Shown: positions 1-10,101 of the stretch, piece after piece
Layout: every line of letters starts with the position of its first letter
How positions within the stretch are numbered: the first letter of the stretch is position 1
Assembly: GCA_963707915.1 (NCBI GenBank)
Contig: OY970178.1
Location: forward strand, 3,264,001-3,328,000
Direction of reading: 5' to 3'
Source: Candidatus Eiseniibacteriota bacterium
Lineage (GTDB): Bacteria > Eisenbacteria > RBG-16-71-46
Length of the DNA stretch: 64,000 nucleotides
Notes under the pieces: generated by a model
Databases searched by the model: none
What the model was told of the DNA's origin: nothing
Seen by the model: only the letters and a program-made list of their open reading frames with translations
Translations under genes and position numbers: made by a program

Positions 1-103
1 CCACGGCGGCCAGATCGCGATCCTCCGGCGCGCGCTGGCCGCGCAAGGCGGGGGCGGCGGCCGCGGCCAGCGGCCGCCGGCGGACACGCGGGGGCGGACA
101 TGA
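1..103 (+). CDS. 3' end of probable DinB-family protein (partial)
   Basis: Frame from base 2 reads HGGQIAILRRAL...GRT*, resembling the DinB C-terminal HxGQI motif; stop overlaps the next ATG (ATGA at 100-103). Confidence 0.55.
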   Translation, partial: HGGQIAILRRALAAQGGGGGRGQRPPADTRGRT

Positions 104-429
104 AGATGACCGGCATCCCCTTCCAGCTCACCGACTGGTCGTCGGTCGAGCCGACCGAGCATCCCGGGGAGGCGGGCGTCGCGCGGTGGCGCACCCGCGA
201 GCTCGGCGGCATCCGGGTGCGGATGGTCGAGTACTCGCCCGGCTACCGGGCGGACCACTGGTGCTCGAAGGGGCACGTCCTGCTGTGCCTCGAGGGCGAG
301 CTGCACACCGAGCTCGCCGACGGCCGGACGGTGGTCCTCCGGCCGGGCATGAGCTACCAGGTCGCGGACGACACCGCCCCGCACCGCTCCTCCACCGAGT
401 CCGGCGCGAAGCTGTTCATCGTGGACTGA
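100..429 (+). CDS. DHCW motif cupin-fold protein
   Basis: RMVEYSPGYRADHWCSKGH motif; 109 aa. Confidence 0.9.
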   Translation: MKMTGIPFQLTDWSSVEPTEHPGEAGVARWRTRELGGIRVRMVEYSPGYRADHWCSKGHVLLCLEGELHTELADGRTVVLRPGMSYQVADDTAPHRSSTESGAKLFIVD

Positions 430-565
430 ATCGCAGGGGGCCGCGGCGCCCGGGTGCCCGGGCGCCGGCCCCGCCCTCGCAGCCCCTTCCATCGCCCGCG
501 CGGGCGTTGTAGTCTGGCGCCGCGACCCGCGACCCCAGGCCAGCGCCACCTCCGGACGGGACTCC

Positions 566-1846
566 ATGCACGATCTCAAGTTCCTGCGCAACCACCGCGA
601 ACGCGTCGAAGCCGGCGTGGCACTCAAGGGCATGACCGTCGACCTCGAGCGGTTCTACGAGATCGAGGATCGCCGCCTGGCGCTGCTGCACGAGAGCGAG
701 CAGCTCAAGGCCCGGCGCAACGGGGTCACCCAGGAGGTCGGTGCGCTGCGGCAGTCCGGCCAGCCGGCCGACGAGTTGATCGCGCAGAGCCGCGACCTGG
801 GCGAGCGCATCAAGACGCTCGACGCCGAGCTCAAGACGCTCGACGAGGAGAGCGCCGAGCTGGCGGCGTGGATCCCCAACCTGCCGCACGAGAGCACCCC
901 GCCGGGCAAGGACGCGGCGCAGAACCAGGTCAAGCGGACCTGGGGCGAGCCGCCGTCGTTCGGCTTCGAGCCGCAGCCGCACTGGGAACTGGCCACGCGG
1001 CTCGGGCTGCTCGACTTCGCGCGGGCGCCCAAGATCACCGGCTCCGGGTTCCTGCTCTTCACCGGGCGCGGGGCGCGCCTGGAACGGGCGCTGATCAACT
1101 TCATGCTCGACTTCCACACCCAGCGCCACGGCTACACCGAGGTCTCGGTCCCGCACGTGGTGCGGCGCGCCGCGCTGTTCGGCACCGGCCAGCTGCCCAA
1201 GCTGGAAGGCGACATGTACCACATCGGCGAGGACGACCTGTTCCTCAACCCGACGGCCGAGGTGCCGGTCACCAACATCTACCGCGACGAGATCCTCGAT
1301 CCCGGCACGGTCCCCCTGTACCTCACGGCCTACTGCGCCTCCTACCGGCGCGAGGCCGGCACCTACGGCGCGGACACCAAGGGCATGCTGCGCGTGCACC
1401 AGTTCGACAAGGTGGAGCTCGTCAAGATCGTGCCGCCGCAGACCAGCTACGACGAGCACGAGAAGCTGGCCCGGGACGTGGCCGACATCTTCGAGGCGCT
1501 GGAGCTGCCCTACCGGCAGGTGCTGCTGTGCAGCGGCGACATGTCGTTCGCCGCGGCCAAGTGCTACGACTTCGAGGTCTGGGCGCCGGGGGTCAAGGCC
1601 TGGCTCGAGTGCTCCTCCTGCTCGAACTTCGAGGACTTCCAGGCGCGGCGCATGAACCTGCGCTTCCGGCGCGAGGCGGGGGCGAAGGTCGAGCACCCGC
1701 ACACGCTGAACGCCTCGGGCGTCGCGCTGCCGCGCACCTTCGCGGCGCTGCTCGAGAACCACCAGACCGCGTCGGGGACGGTGAGCATCCCGGCCGCCCT
1801 GCGCCCGTACCTCGGCGGCCTCGAGGAGATCGCGCCCGAGGGATGA
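566..1846 (+). CDS. serS: Serine--tRNA ligase
   Basis: N-terminal coiled coil, PTAEVP, YRREAG, RVHQFDKVE, ECSSCSN, HTLNASG motifs. Confidence 0.98.
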   Translation: MHDLKFLRNHRERVEAGVALKGMTVDLERFYEIEDRRLALLHESEQLKARRNGVTQEVGALRQSGQPADELIAQSRDLGERIKTLDAELKTLDEESAELAAWIPNLPHESTPPGKDAAQNQVKRTWGEPPSFGFEPQPHWELATRLGLLDFARAPKITGSGFLLFTGRGARLERALINFMLDFHTQRHGYTEVSVPHVVRRAALFGTGQLPKLEGDMYHIGEDDLFLNPTAEVPVTNIYRDEILDPGTVPLYLTAYCASYRREAGTYGADTKGMLRVHQFDKVELVKIVPPQTSYDEHEKLARDVADIFEALELPYRQVLLCSGDMSFAAAKCYDFEVWAPGVKAWLECSSCSNFEDFQARRMNLRFRREAGAKVEHPHTLNASGVALPRTFAALLENHQTASGTVSIPAALRPYLGGLEEIAPEG

Positions 1847-3147
1847 AGCCGAGCCCGCCCCCGGCACGGCCCCGCTTCCGCCGCACCGCCGCGCAGGTCC
1901 TGCGCACGGTGGTGTTCCTGGGCAGCGTGCTGCTGGTGGTCTCGGTCTTCCTGTTCACCCACCAGGCCATCCGGCGGCTGTCCTCCGAGGTCGAGACCAC
2001 CTCGCGGGTGCTGGCGCGCTTCCTCGCGCTCGCCACGTTCCCGGCCACGCACGACCCGGAGCTGCAGCGCATCACGCGCGAGATCGTGAACAGCCTCGAC
2101 TTCCCGATCATCATCACCGATCCGGAAGGCTACCCGCGCGCCTGGCGCAACACCGCGGTGACGCCGGAGCTGGTGCCCGCCCTCAGCATCGACAGCCTGG
2201 CCGCGGGCCAGGCGCTCTCGCCGGTGATCCGCGCGCGGATCGAGCGTCTCAAGGCGGAGGTCGTGCACCTCGACCAGCAGAACCCGCCGGTGCCGATGAA
2301 ACAACCCGGCACCGACGCCGCGCTGGGCGCGGTGCACTACGGCGAGCCCGCCGTCCTCGACCTGCTGCGCTGGATGCCCTACGTCACCGTGGGCGGCGTG
2401 CTGCTGCTGCTCTCGCTGGGGCTGTGGGCGCTCGCCGGGCTGCGCATGGCGGAGAAGCGCACCATCTGGGTGGGGATGGCGCGCGAGACCGCGCACCAGC
2501 TGGGCACGCCGCTCTCCTCGCTGATGGGCTGGGTCGAGCTGCTGCGCGCGCACGCCGACGTCGCGTCGTCGGGCGGGACGGTGCCGGTGCCGCGGGCCGA
2601 GCTGGAGGAGACGCTCGCCGAGATGGAGCGCGACGTCGAGCGGCTCAACAAGGTGGCGCAGCGCTTCAGCCACGTGGGCTCGGCGCCGCACCTGCAGCTG
2701 CAGGAGGTCGGGCCGGTGGTGCGCGAGGCGGTGCAGTACGTGCGCCGGCGCCTGCCGCACGACGAGAGCCGGGTGCTGCTGCGCGAGCACTACGAGGACG
2801 TGCCGCCCATCAACCTCAACCGCGAGCTGATCGAGTGGGCGCTCGAGAACCTGCTGGTGAACGCGATCTCGGCGCTGGACAAGACGCAGGGCGTGATCGA
2901 GGTCCGCATCGAGCGCCGCCCGGAGACCGAGATGGTCGAGATCCTGGTCCAGGACAACGGCCGCGGCATGACCTCGGCCGAGCAGCGCCAGGCCTTCGAG
3001 CCGGGCTACAGCACCAAGCACCGCGGCTGGGGGCTGGGGCTCGCGCTCGCGCGGCGCGTGGTGCAGGAATACCACGGCGGGCGGCTGTACGTCCGCCACA
3101 GCGGGCCGGGCGAAGGCACCACGATGGTGATGAGCTTCCCGACCTGA
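1843..3147 (+). CDS. Membrane sensor histidine kinase
   Basis: ATG overlaps the serS stop (ATGA); two TM segments; H-box ETAHQLGTPLSSL, N-box ENLLVNA, DNGRG, GWGLGL. Confidence 0.92.
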   Translation: MKPSPPPARPRFRRTAAQVLRTVVFLGSVLLVVSVFLFTHQAIRRLSSEVETTSRVLARFLALATFPATHDPELQRITREIVNSLDFPIIITDPEGYPRAWRNTAVTPELVPALSIDSLAAGQALSPVIRARIERLKAEVVHLDQQNPPVPMKQPGTDAALGAVHYGEPAVLDLLRWMPYVTVGGVLLLLSLGLWALAGLRMAEKRTIWVGMARETAHQLGTPLSSLMGWVELLRAHADVASSGGTVPVPRAELEETLAEMERDVERLNKVAQRFSHVGSAPHLQLQEVGPVVREAVQYVRRRLPHDESRVLLREHYEDVPPINLNRELIEWALENLLVNAISALDKTQGVIEVRIERRPETEMVEILVQDNGRGMTSAEQRQAFEPGYSTKHRGWGLGLALARRVVQEYHGGRLYVRHSGPGEGTTMVMSFPT

Positions 3148-3169
3148 CCGGGCCGGCGCGCGGGCCCGC

Positions 3170-4219
3170 CTACCGCCCCGCCACCCCGAACGCCATCGGG
3201 CGGTTCGCCGCCACGCCCCAGCCGGTGCGGTCCACCGCGATGAGCCCGACGTCCCAGCGCTCCGGGAACATCGCGACCGCCTCCTGCACCGCCTGCTTCG
3301 CCGGCACGCCGCTCTCCAGCCGCTGGTAGACCGAGTGCGCGAGGAAGCGCTTGATGATCTGCTCGCCCTCGCCGGTGCAGGCGACCGCGCCGGCCGGGCC
3401 GGCGAAGAGCCCGGCACCGTAGACCGGCACGTCGCCCACGCGGCCGCACAGCGTGACCGAGGTGCCGCCGGTGGAGAGCGTGGCGGCGAAGTGCCCGTCG
3501 GCGCCGCGCGTGACCGTGCCGACGGTGTCGCCGTGCCGGCGCCACTGGAGCGCGTCGGCGGGCATCGGCCCGGGGAAGTTCCAGTAGCGCCGCCAGTCGA
3601 AGGTCGTGGTGTCGCGGCGGGCGAACAGCTCGGCCTGGCGCTTCATGCGGGCACGGTACTTGGCCTCGGCCTGCGGGCTCACCGGGACGACGTCGGCGAA
3701 GCCGATCCGGTGGGCGAAACGGGTGGCGCCCTCGCCCACCAGGAACAGGTGCGGCGTCGAGTCCATGACCGCGCGGGCCACCCGCACGGGATTCCTCACG
3801 CGCTCGATCGCGCCGACCGCGGCGAAGCGGCCCTCGTCGGTCATCACCGCGGCGTCCATCTGGATGGTGCGCCCGTCGAGCCGGATGTTCGCGCCGGTGC
3901 CGGCGTTGAAGCGCGGGTCGTCCTCGAGCCACACCGTCCCGGTGAGCGCGGCGTCGAGCGCGGAGCCGCCCGCCTCCAGCACCGCGAGCGCGGTGTCGGC
4001 GGCGGCGCGCACGCCGTCGGCGTACTCGGGCCCGGAGCCGACGCCGCCGTGCGTGACCACCAGCGCCCCGGCGCTCGCGCCGCCGGCCAGCGTGGCCGCG
4101 GGCGCGGGGGCGAGCAGGACGACGGGCACGGGGTCGCGGGGCTGGGCTGCGGCCGGGTGCGCCGCGAGCAGGAGCGCGACGATCAGCAGGCCGGTACCGT
4201 GGGCTCGACAGGTTCTCAT
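3170..4219 (-). CDS. Isoaspartyl peptidase/L-asparaginase (Ntn hydrolase), secreted
   Basis: Signal peptide; THGG, LEDDPRFNAG, DTVG nucleophile site, STGG, GRVGD, CTGEGE. Confidence 0.92.
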   Translation of the reverse strand: MRTCRAHGTGLLIVALLLAAHPAAAQPRDPVPVVLLAPAPAATLAGGASAGALVVTHGGVGSGPEYADGVRAAADTALAVLEAGGSALDAALTGTVWLEDDPRFNAGTGANIRLDGRTIQMDAAVMTDEGRFAAVGAIERVRNPVRVARAVMDSTPHLFLVGEGATRFAHRIGFADVVPVSPQAEAKYRARMKRQAELFARRDTTTFDWRRYWNFPGPMPADALQWRRHGDTVGTVTRGADGHFAATLSTGGTSVTLCGRVGDVPVYGAGLFAGPAGAVACTGEGEQIIKRFLAHSVYQRLESGVPAKQAVQEAVAMFPERWDVGLIAVDRTGWGVAANRPMAFGVAGR

Positions 4220-4486
4220 CGCTTCTCCTTCGCGTGCCGGCTCGGGTCGATGGCGCGGGAGCCGGGATCCGGGGCGGGCGGTGGCGCGGGCGCGCCGGGC
4301 CCGGGTGGACGACGATCCCGGTCACGTTAGGACGTTGTCAGCGCCGCGGTCAACGGCCGCGCCGGTCCGCGTTGGCGCCCGGGCGGCCCGGCGCTATGAT
4401 GCCTTCGTTCCCCGCACCCGAAGCGCGCCCTGCGGTGTATGAAGAGCAGGGGTGCCCCGCCCCTCCGGCCCGAGACGAGCGACCGC

Positions 4487-6055
4487 ATGGAAGAGCCCCG
4501 CAAGCACATCCTCTGGGCCGACGACGAGATCGACCTGCTGCGGCCCCACGTCAAGTTCCTCGAGCAGAAGGGCTTCGCCGTGACGGCGGTGCCGAGCGGC
4601 GAGGACGCGCTGGCCGAGCTCGAGCGCACGCGCTTCGACCTGGTGCTGCTCGACGAGATGATGCCCGGGCTCGGCGGCCTCGAGACGCTCGGGCAGATCA
4701 AGGCGCGCAGCCTCGACGTGCCGGTGGTGCTCATCACCAAGAGCGAGGAGGAATCGCTCATGAACGAGGCGCTGGGACGGCACATCACCGACTACCTGAT
4801 CAAGCCGGTCAACGCCTCCCAGGTCTTCCTCGCGTGCAAGCGGGTCTTCGACGCCCAGAAGCTGCAGGACTCGCAGCGCGCGCGCGACTACGTCGGCGAG
4901 ATGCAGCGCTGGCAGGGCATCGACCTGCGCGGTCTCGACTGGCCGGGCTGGGTGGACCTCGCCCAGGACGTGGCCCGCTGGGACGTGCGCTTCGACGGGG
5001 TGGCCGACGCCGGGTTGCGGCACGCGCACGCCGACTTCCGGCGCGGCCTCAACATCGATTTCGGGCGCTACATCGAGGAGCACTACCCGCACTGGGTGCA
5101 CGACGCGCCGGACCGCCCGCCGCTCTCGACCGACGTGGTGGCGCGCGCGCTGGTGCCGCACCTGCAGGAGGGGCGCCGCGTCTTCTTCGTCATCATCGAC
5201 TGCATGCGGATGGACCAGTGGTTCTCGCTCGAGCCGCTGCTCGAGGAGCTCTTCACGGTCCAGCGCGACTACTACTGCTCGATCCTGCCGACCGCCACGC
5301 CCTACTCGCGCAACGCCATCTTCTCGGGGCTGCTGCCGGCCCAGCTCAAGAAGCAGCATCCGGACCTGTGGCAGGAAGGCACCGACGACGAGCGCACCAA
5401 GAACCGTTTCGAGCGGCAGCTGCTGGAGGCCCAGCTCGCGCGGCTGATGCCGGGGCAGGAGAGGCCGGTCAAGTACATCAAGATCTACGACCAGAGCGAG
5501 GCGCTGGCCACGCGCCGGCAGATCAACTCGTTCGCCGGGCTGCCGCTGGTGAGCATGGTGTTCAACTTCCTCGACATCCTGGCGCACGGCCGCTCGGAGA
5601 GCGACATCCTGCAGGAGCTGGCCCCCGACGAGGCCGCCTTCCGCTCGGTGACGAAGGCGTGGTTCGTCCACAGCCCGCTCTACGACATCTTCCGCGCGCT
5701 CTCCACCCAGAACGTCACCGTGGTGCTGACCACCGACCACGGCGCGGTGCTCGGCCGGCGCGCGGCGCTGGTCTACGGCAATCGCGACACCTCGACGAAC
5801 CTGCGCTACAAGTTCGGCGTCAACCTGAACTGCGACCCCAAGCAGGCGGTCATCATCCGCCGGCCGATGGAGTACATGCTGCCCGACGACGGCGTGAACA
5901 AGAACTACGTGCTGGCGCGCGAGGACTACTACTTCGTGTACCCGACGCGCTTCCACGAGTTCGAGCGCCAGTACCGCGGGTCGTTCCAGCACGGCGGCAT
6001 CTCGGTCGAGGAGATGATCCTGCCGCTGCTGACCCTGACCCCCCGCGCGTCGTGA
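4487..6055 (+). CDS. porX: PorX-like response regulator with PglZ/alkaline-phosphatase domain
   Basis: Receiver ILWADDEID...LLDEMMPG...ITKSEEE followed by IDCMR, SILPTATPYSRNAIFSG, TTDHG, FQHGGIS; directly upstream of tsaE as in Bacteroidota. Confidence 0.88.
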   Translation: MEEPRKHILWADDEIDLLRPHVKFLEQKGFAVTAVPSGEDALAELERTRFDLVLLDEMMPGLGGLETLGQIKARSLDVPVVLITKSEEESLMNEALGRHITDYLIKPVNASQVFLACKRVFDAQKLQDSQRARDYVGEMQRWQGIDLRGLDWPGWVDLAQDVARWDVRFDGVADAGLRHAHADFRRGLNIDFGRYIEEHYPHWVHDAPDRPPLSTDVVARALVPHLQEGRRVFFVIIDCMRMDQWFSLEPLLEELFTVQRDYYCSILPTATPYSRNAIFSGLLPAQLKKQHPDLWQEGTDDERTKNRFERQLLEAQLARLMPGQERPVKYIKIYDQSEALATRRQINSFAGLPLVSMVFNFLDILAHGRSESDILQELAPDEAAFRSVTKAWFVHSPLYDIFRALSTQNVTVVLTTDHGAVLGRRAALVYGNRDTSTNLRYKFGVNLNCDPKQAVIIRRPMEYMLPDDGVNKNYVLAREDYYFVYPTRFHEFERQYRGSFQHGGISVEEMILPLLTLTPRAS

Positions 6056-6573
6056 CGGGGCCGCCCGATCGCGACCGTCCGGCGGGCGGCGCGGGCCCGG
6101 CCGGGGCCCGGCGCGTCACCGCCGCGGCCGAGGAGACCGAGCGGCTCGGCGAGTGGCTCGCCGCAGGGCTGCTGGAGGGCGACGTGCTGGTGCTCCGCGG
6201 GCCGCTCGGCTCGGGCAAGACCCGCCTGGTGGCCGGCCTGGCCCGCGGGCTCGGCGTCCGCTCCCGGGTGCGCAGCCCGTCCTTCACCCTGCTGAACGAG
6301 TACCGCGGGGTCTTCACGCTCCACCATCTCGACCTCTACCGGCTCGAGGGCTCGGAAGCGGAGGGGCTGGGGCTCGAGGAGCTGGCCGACGAGGGCGCCC
6401 TGGTGGCGGAGTGGGGCGAGAAACTGCCGGCCTGGCTGCGGGCGGAGGCGCTGACGCTGGACTTCGAGGTGCTGTCCGAGGACCGGCGGGCGATCACCGC
6501 GAGCGGGGCGGGCGAGCGCGGCAGCGAGCTGCTGGCGGTGTGGGAGCTGATGCCGTCCGGGGAGGCCCGGTGA
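6052..6573 (+). CDS. tsaE: tRNA threonylcarbamoyladenosine biosynthesis ATPase
   Basis: GPLGSGKT Walker A, SPSFTL, HLDLYRL, AEWG; GTG overlaps the porX stop. Confidence 0.92.
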   Translation: MTGPPDRDRPAGGAGPAGARRVTAAAEETERLGEWLAAGLLEGDVLVLRGPLGSGKTRLVAGLARGLGVRSRVRSPSFTLLNEYRGVFTLHHLDLYRLEGSEAEGLGLEELADEGALVAEWGEKLPAWLRAEALTLDFEVLSEDRRAITASGAGERGSELLAVWELMPSGEAR

Positions 6574-7853
6574 GCGCCGCGGCGCCGGGGTTCGCGGGGC
6601 CCGGGCTGGTGATCGAGTCGGCGACCGCGCATGTCGAGGTGCTGGTGTGCGCGCCGGACGGCGCGGCGCTGGCGCACGAGGCCGAGGACGTGGGCCATGG
6701 CCACACGCGGCGGCTCACGCCGCTGCTGACCCGCGCGCTGGCCCGGGCGGGCGTGGAGCCGCGCGGGCTGGGCTGGGTCGCCGCGGACCTGGGGCCCGGC
6801 TCCTTCACCGGCGTGCGCGTCGGCCTCGCGACCGCGGAGGCCATCGCGCTGGCCGCGAACGCGCCGCTGCTGGGCGCCTCCGGCCTGGCCGCGCTGGCGC
6901 TCTCGTCCGGAGCCGGCCGCGCGCTGGTCGTCCCGCTCGTCCCCGGCGGCCGGCACGACCTCTACGCCGGCTTCTTCCGCGCCGACCTGCGCGGCCGCGT
7001 CAGCCTGCTCGCGGCGCCCTGCGTGGCGACCCTGCCGGCGCTGCTCGCGAGCGTGGCCGAGGCGCGCTCGCTGCTGCCGCGCGGCGCGGGCCTGCGCTTC
7101 GTGGGGCCCGGCGCGGCGCGCGAGCGCGAGTCGCTGGAGCGCTTCGCCCCGGGCAGCACCGCGCCGGAGTGGCGCTTCGCGGGGCTCTCGGCCGCGGACC
7201 TCGCCGCGGCGGTGCGCTCCGGGCTCGGGCCCGCCGCCGGGCTGCCCGCACCGGGGGAGGAGGGGCGGCCGCTCTACGTGCGCTCGGCGCAGGCCGAGGA
7301 ACGCGTGCGCCGGGCGGCGCTCGCCGGCCGCCCCGTGCGCATCCGCGACTTCGCCGAGTCGGACCTGGCGGAGGCGGCCGCGATCGAGCGGCGCATCTTC
7401 AGCGACGCGTGGCCCGAGTCGTTCTTCCGCGAGGAGCTCTCGCAGGCCATGGCCTGGGCGCGCGTCGCCGAGGTCGACGGTGCGATCGTCGGCTACCTGC
7501 TGGCCTGGGTGGGGGCCGGCGCCGGCCACGTCGGCAACCTCGGGGTGATCCCGGAGGCGCGCCGGCGCGGGGTCGCGCGCGCGCTGCTCGAGGACCTGCT
7601 GGAGCACGCCGGCGCGGCCGGCGCGGCGAGCCTCACGCTCGAGGTGCGGGCCTCCAACTTCGCGGCCCAGGCGCTCTACCGGGCCTTCGGATTCCGGCTG
7701 GCGGGTCTGCGCCGCGGGTATTATCGTGACACCGGAGAAGACGCGCTCACGATGGCGTGGACGGCGGCGGACGTCGTCGCGGCCGGCCGCGGCGGGCCCG
7801 CGCCGGACGCGGGCCCGCCGGCCGGCCGGCCCACCACCTCAACCCCCGGGTGA
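6570..7853 (+). CDS. tsaB: Fused TsaB (t6A) and RimI-type N-acetyltransferase
   Basis: N-terminal GPGSFTGVRVG and PLYVR (TsaB); C-terminal GNAT domain with RRRGVARALL, LEVRASN, LYRAFGF, RRGYY...EDA, all in one frame. Confidence 0.85.
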   Translation: MSAAAPGFAGPGLVIESATAHVEVLVCAPDGAALAHEAEDVGHGHTRRLTPLLTRALARAGVEPRGLGWVAADLGPGSFTGVRVGLATAEAIALAANAPLLGASGLAALALSSGAGRALVVPLVPGGRHDLYAGFFRADLRGRVSLLAAPCVATLPALLASVAEARSLLPRGAGLRFVGPGAARERESLERFAPGSTAPEWRFAGLSAADLAAAVRSGLGPAAGLPAPGEEGRPLYVRSAQAEERVRRAALAGRPVRIRDFAESDLAEAAAIERRIFSDAWPESFFREELSQAMAWARVAEVDGAIVGYLLAWVGAGAGHVGNLGVIPEARRRGVARALLEDLLEHAGAAGAASLTLEVRASNFAAQALYRAFGFRLAGLRRGYYRDTGEDALTMAWTAADVVAAGRGGPAPDAGPPAGRPTTSTPG

Positions 7854-7855
7854 CC

Positions 7856-8809
7856 ATGTCCTGGCTCAAGAAGGAACGCACGCGCGTCAAGACGCGGAAG
7901 AAGGAGGATCGCGGCGAGGTCCCCGAAGGCCTGTGGACCAAGTGCGAGGAGTGCGGCGAGGCGCTCTTCCAGACCGTGCTCGAGGAGAACCTCTGGACCT
8001 GCCCGCACTGCGACCACCACTTCCGCGTGCCGGCGAAGGTCTACCTGGGCTTCCTGGTGGACCCGGGCTCGTTCGAGGAACGCTTCGCGAACCTCGTGGC
8101 GGGCGACCCGCTCGGGTTCCGCGACGCCAAGATGGCCTACCCGGACCGCATCCGGCACGCGCAGAAGGAGACCGGCCTGAAGGACGCGGCGCTCTCCGGC
8201 GTGGCGACCGTGGGCGGGAAGCCCGTGAGCCTGACGCTCATGGACTTCTTCTTCATGGGCGGCAGCATGGGCTCGGTGGTGGGGGAGAAGGTGGCGCGCT
8301 CGATCGAGCTGGCGCTGGCCGAACGGCGGGCGCTGATCCTGGTGTCGTCCACCGGCGGGGCGCGCATGCAGGAGGGCATCCTCTCGCTGATGCAGATGGC
8401 CAAGACCTCGGCCCTGCTGGCGCGGCTCCAGGACGCGCACCTGCCCTTCCTCTCGATCCTGACCGACCCCTCCACCGCGGGGGTGCTGGCCTCGTACGCC
8501 TCGCTGGGCGACGTGATCCTCGCCGAGCGCAAGGCGCTGGTGGGCTTCGCCGGCGCGCGGGTCATCCGCCAGACCATCGGCGAGGAGCTTCCCGAGGGCT
8601 TCCAGCGGGCCGAGTTCGTGAGGGAGAAGGGCTTCGTGGACCGGGTGGTCCACCGCAAGCAGATGCGCGAGGAGGTCTCGACGCTGCTCGAGTTCTTCTG
8701 GCGTTCGACCGCCGGCTTCGCGGTGGAGGGGAGTCCCTCGCCGCACCCCGGCGCGCCCCGGCCGGCCGGCACCCCGGCCCGGGCGGAGGAACCGCCACGC
8801 CCGAAGTGA
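7856..8809 (+). CDS. accD: Acetyl-CoA carboxylase carboxyltransferase beta subunit
   Basis: LWTKCEEC...CPHC zinc finger, GGSMGSVVGEK, GGARMQEG, GFAGARVI. Confidence 0.97.
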   Translation: MSWLKKERTRVKTRKKEDRGEVPEGLWTKCEECGEALFQTVLEENLWTCPHCDHHFRVPAKVYLGFLVDPGSFEERFANLVAGDPLGFRDAKMAYPDRIRHAQKETGLKDAALSGVATVGGKPVSLTLMDFFFMGGSMGSVVGEKVARSIELALAERRALILVSSTGGARMQEGILSLMQMAKTSALLARLQDAHLPFLSILTDPSTAGVLASYASLGDVILAERKALVGFAGARVIRQTIGEELPEGFQRAEFVREKGFVDRVVHRKQMREEVSTLLEFFWRSTAGFAVEGSPSPHPGAPRPAGTPARAEEPPRPK

Positions 8810-10101
8810 ACCTCCAGCAGTCGCTCGAAGCGCTGTACGGGCTCGAACGCCGGCGCGACAAGCTCGGCCTCGAGGGCACCCGCGCGCTGCTCGGCGCCCT
8901 GGGCGATCCCCACGGCGAGTGGGCCTCGGTGCACGTGGCGGGCACGAACGGCAAGGGCTCGGTGTGCGCGCTGGTCGAGCGCGTCCTGCGCGAGGCCGGG
9001 ATCCGCACCGGGCTGTTCACCTCGCCGCACCTGGTGGACTTCCGCGAGCGCATCCGGGTGGACGGCCAGTGGGCCGACGCGGAGCGGCTGGCGCGGCGCC
9101 TCGCGCTGATCTCGCGCCTGCCCGAGGGCAAGGACCGCACGTTCTTCGAGGTCTGCACGGCACTGGCCTTCGACGATTTCGCCGCGCGCGAGGTCGAGTG
9201 GGCGGTGGTCGAGGTCGGCCTGGGCGGGCGGCTCGACTCCACCAACGTGGTCGAGTCCACGCTCTCGGTCATCACCTCGATCGGCGTGGACCACCCGGAG
9301 CTGCTGGGTCACACGCCCCGGCAGATCGCCGCCGAGAAGGCCGGGATCATCAAGCCCGAGGTGCCGGTGGTGAGCGGGGTCGGGCCGGGAGAGGCCGCGG
9401 ACGCGATCGCGAAGGCGGCCGAACGGCTCGACGCGCCGCTGGTGCTCGCGGCCCAGCGGGTCCGGACCGCCTGGCTCGGCGACGGGCCGGACGGCCTGCG
9501 CTGCACCGCCGAGGCCGAACCCTGGGGGCGGCTCGAGCTGTCCTGCCCGCTCCACGGCCGCCACCAGCTCGCGAACGCGCGCACCGCCCTGGCGGCGCTC
9601 TCGCTGCTGACCGAGAGCGGCGTGGAGATCGAGTCCGAGGCGGTGGTCGAGGGCTTCGCCCGCGCGCGCTGGCCGGGCCGGCTCGAGGCCTGCCCGGGCG
9701 AGCCGAGGTTGTGGTGGGACGGGGCCCACAACCCCGACGGCTTCGCCGCGCTGATCGCCGCCTGGCGCGACGACCTGGGCTTCGAGCCGCCCGACGTGGT
9801 GGTGCTGGCGCTGGCGCGCGACAAGGACGCCGCGGCCGTCGCGCGGTTGCTCGGCCCGTGGATCGCGCCGGGCCGCGTCATCGCCACCCAGTCGCGCAAC
9901 CTGCGGGCCCTGCCCGCCGGCGAGCTGCGCGCGTGCCTGGGCGCGGAGGGCCTCGACGCGCAGCAGGCGCCGGGCGTGGTGGAGGCGGTCGGAACGGCGC
10001 TCGAGGGCGCGACCGGCGGCCGCGTGTTGCTGTGCGGCTCCCTGGTCGCGGTGGCCGAGGCGATGGAGGCCTTCGGCGGCGCGCCGGGAGAGTGGCTGTG
10101 A
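8806..10101 (+). CDS. folC: Folylpolyglutamate synthase/dihydrofolate synthase
   Basis: HVAGTNGKGS, FTSPHL, EVGLGGRLDSTN, WPGRLE, DGAHN; GTGA overlap with accD. Confidence 0.95.
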   Translation: MNLQQSLEALYGLERRRDKLGLEGTRALLGALGDPHGEWASVHVAGTNGKGSVCALVERVLREAGIRTGLFTSPHLVDFRERIRVDGQWADAERLARRLALISRLPEGKDRTFFEVCTALAFDDFAAREVEWAVVEVGLGGRLDSTNVVESTLSVITSIGVDHPELLGHTPRQIAAEKAGIIKPEVPVVSGVGPGEAADAIAKAAERLDAPLVLAAQRVRTAWLGDGPDGLRCTAEAEPWGRLELSCPLHGRHQLANARTALAALSLLTESGVEIESEAVVEGFARARWPGRLEACPGEPRLWWDGAHNPDGFAALIAAWRDDLGFEPPDVVVLALARDKDAAAVARLLGPWIAPGRVIATQSRNLRALPAGELRACLGAEGLDAQQAPGVVEAVGTALEGATGGRVLLCGSLVAVAEAMEAFGGAPGEWL

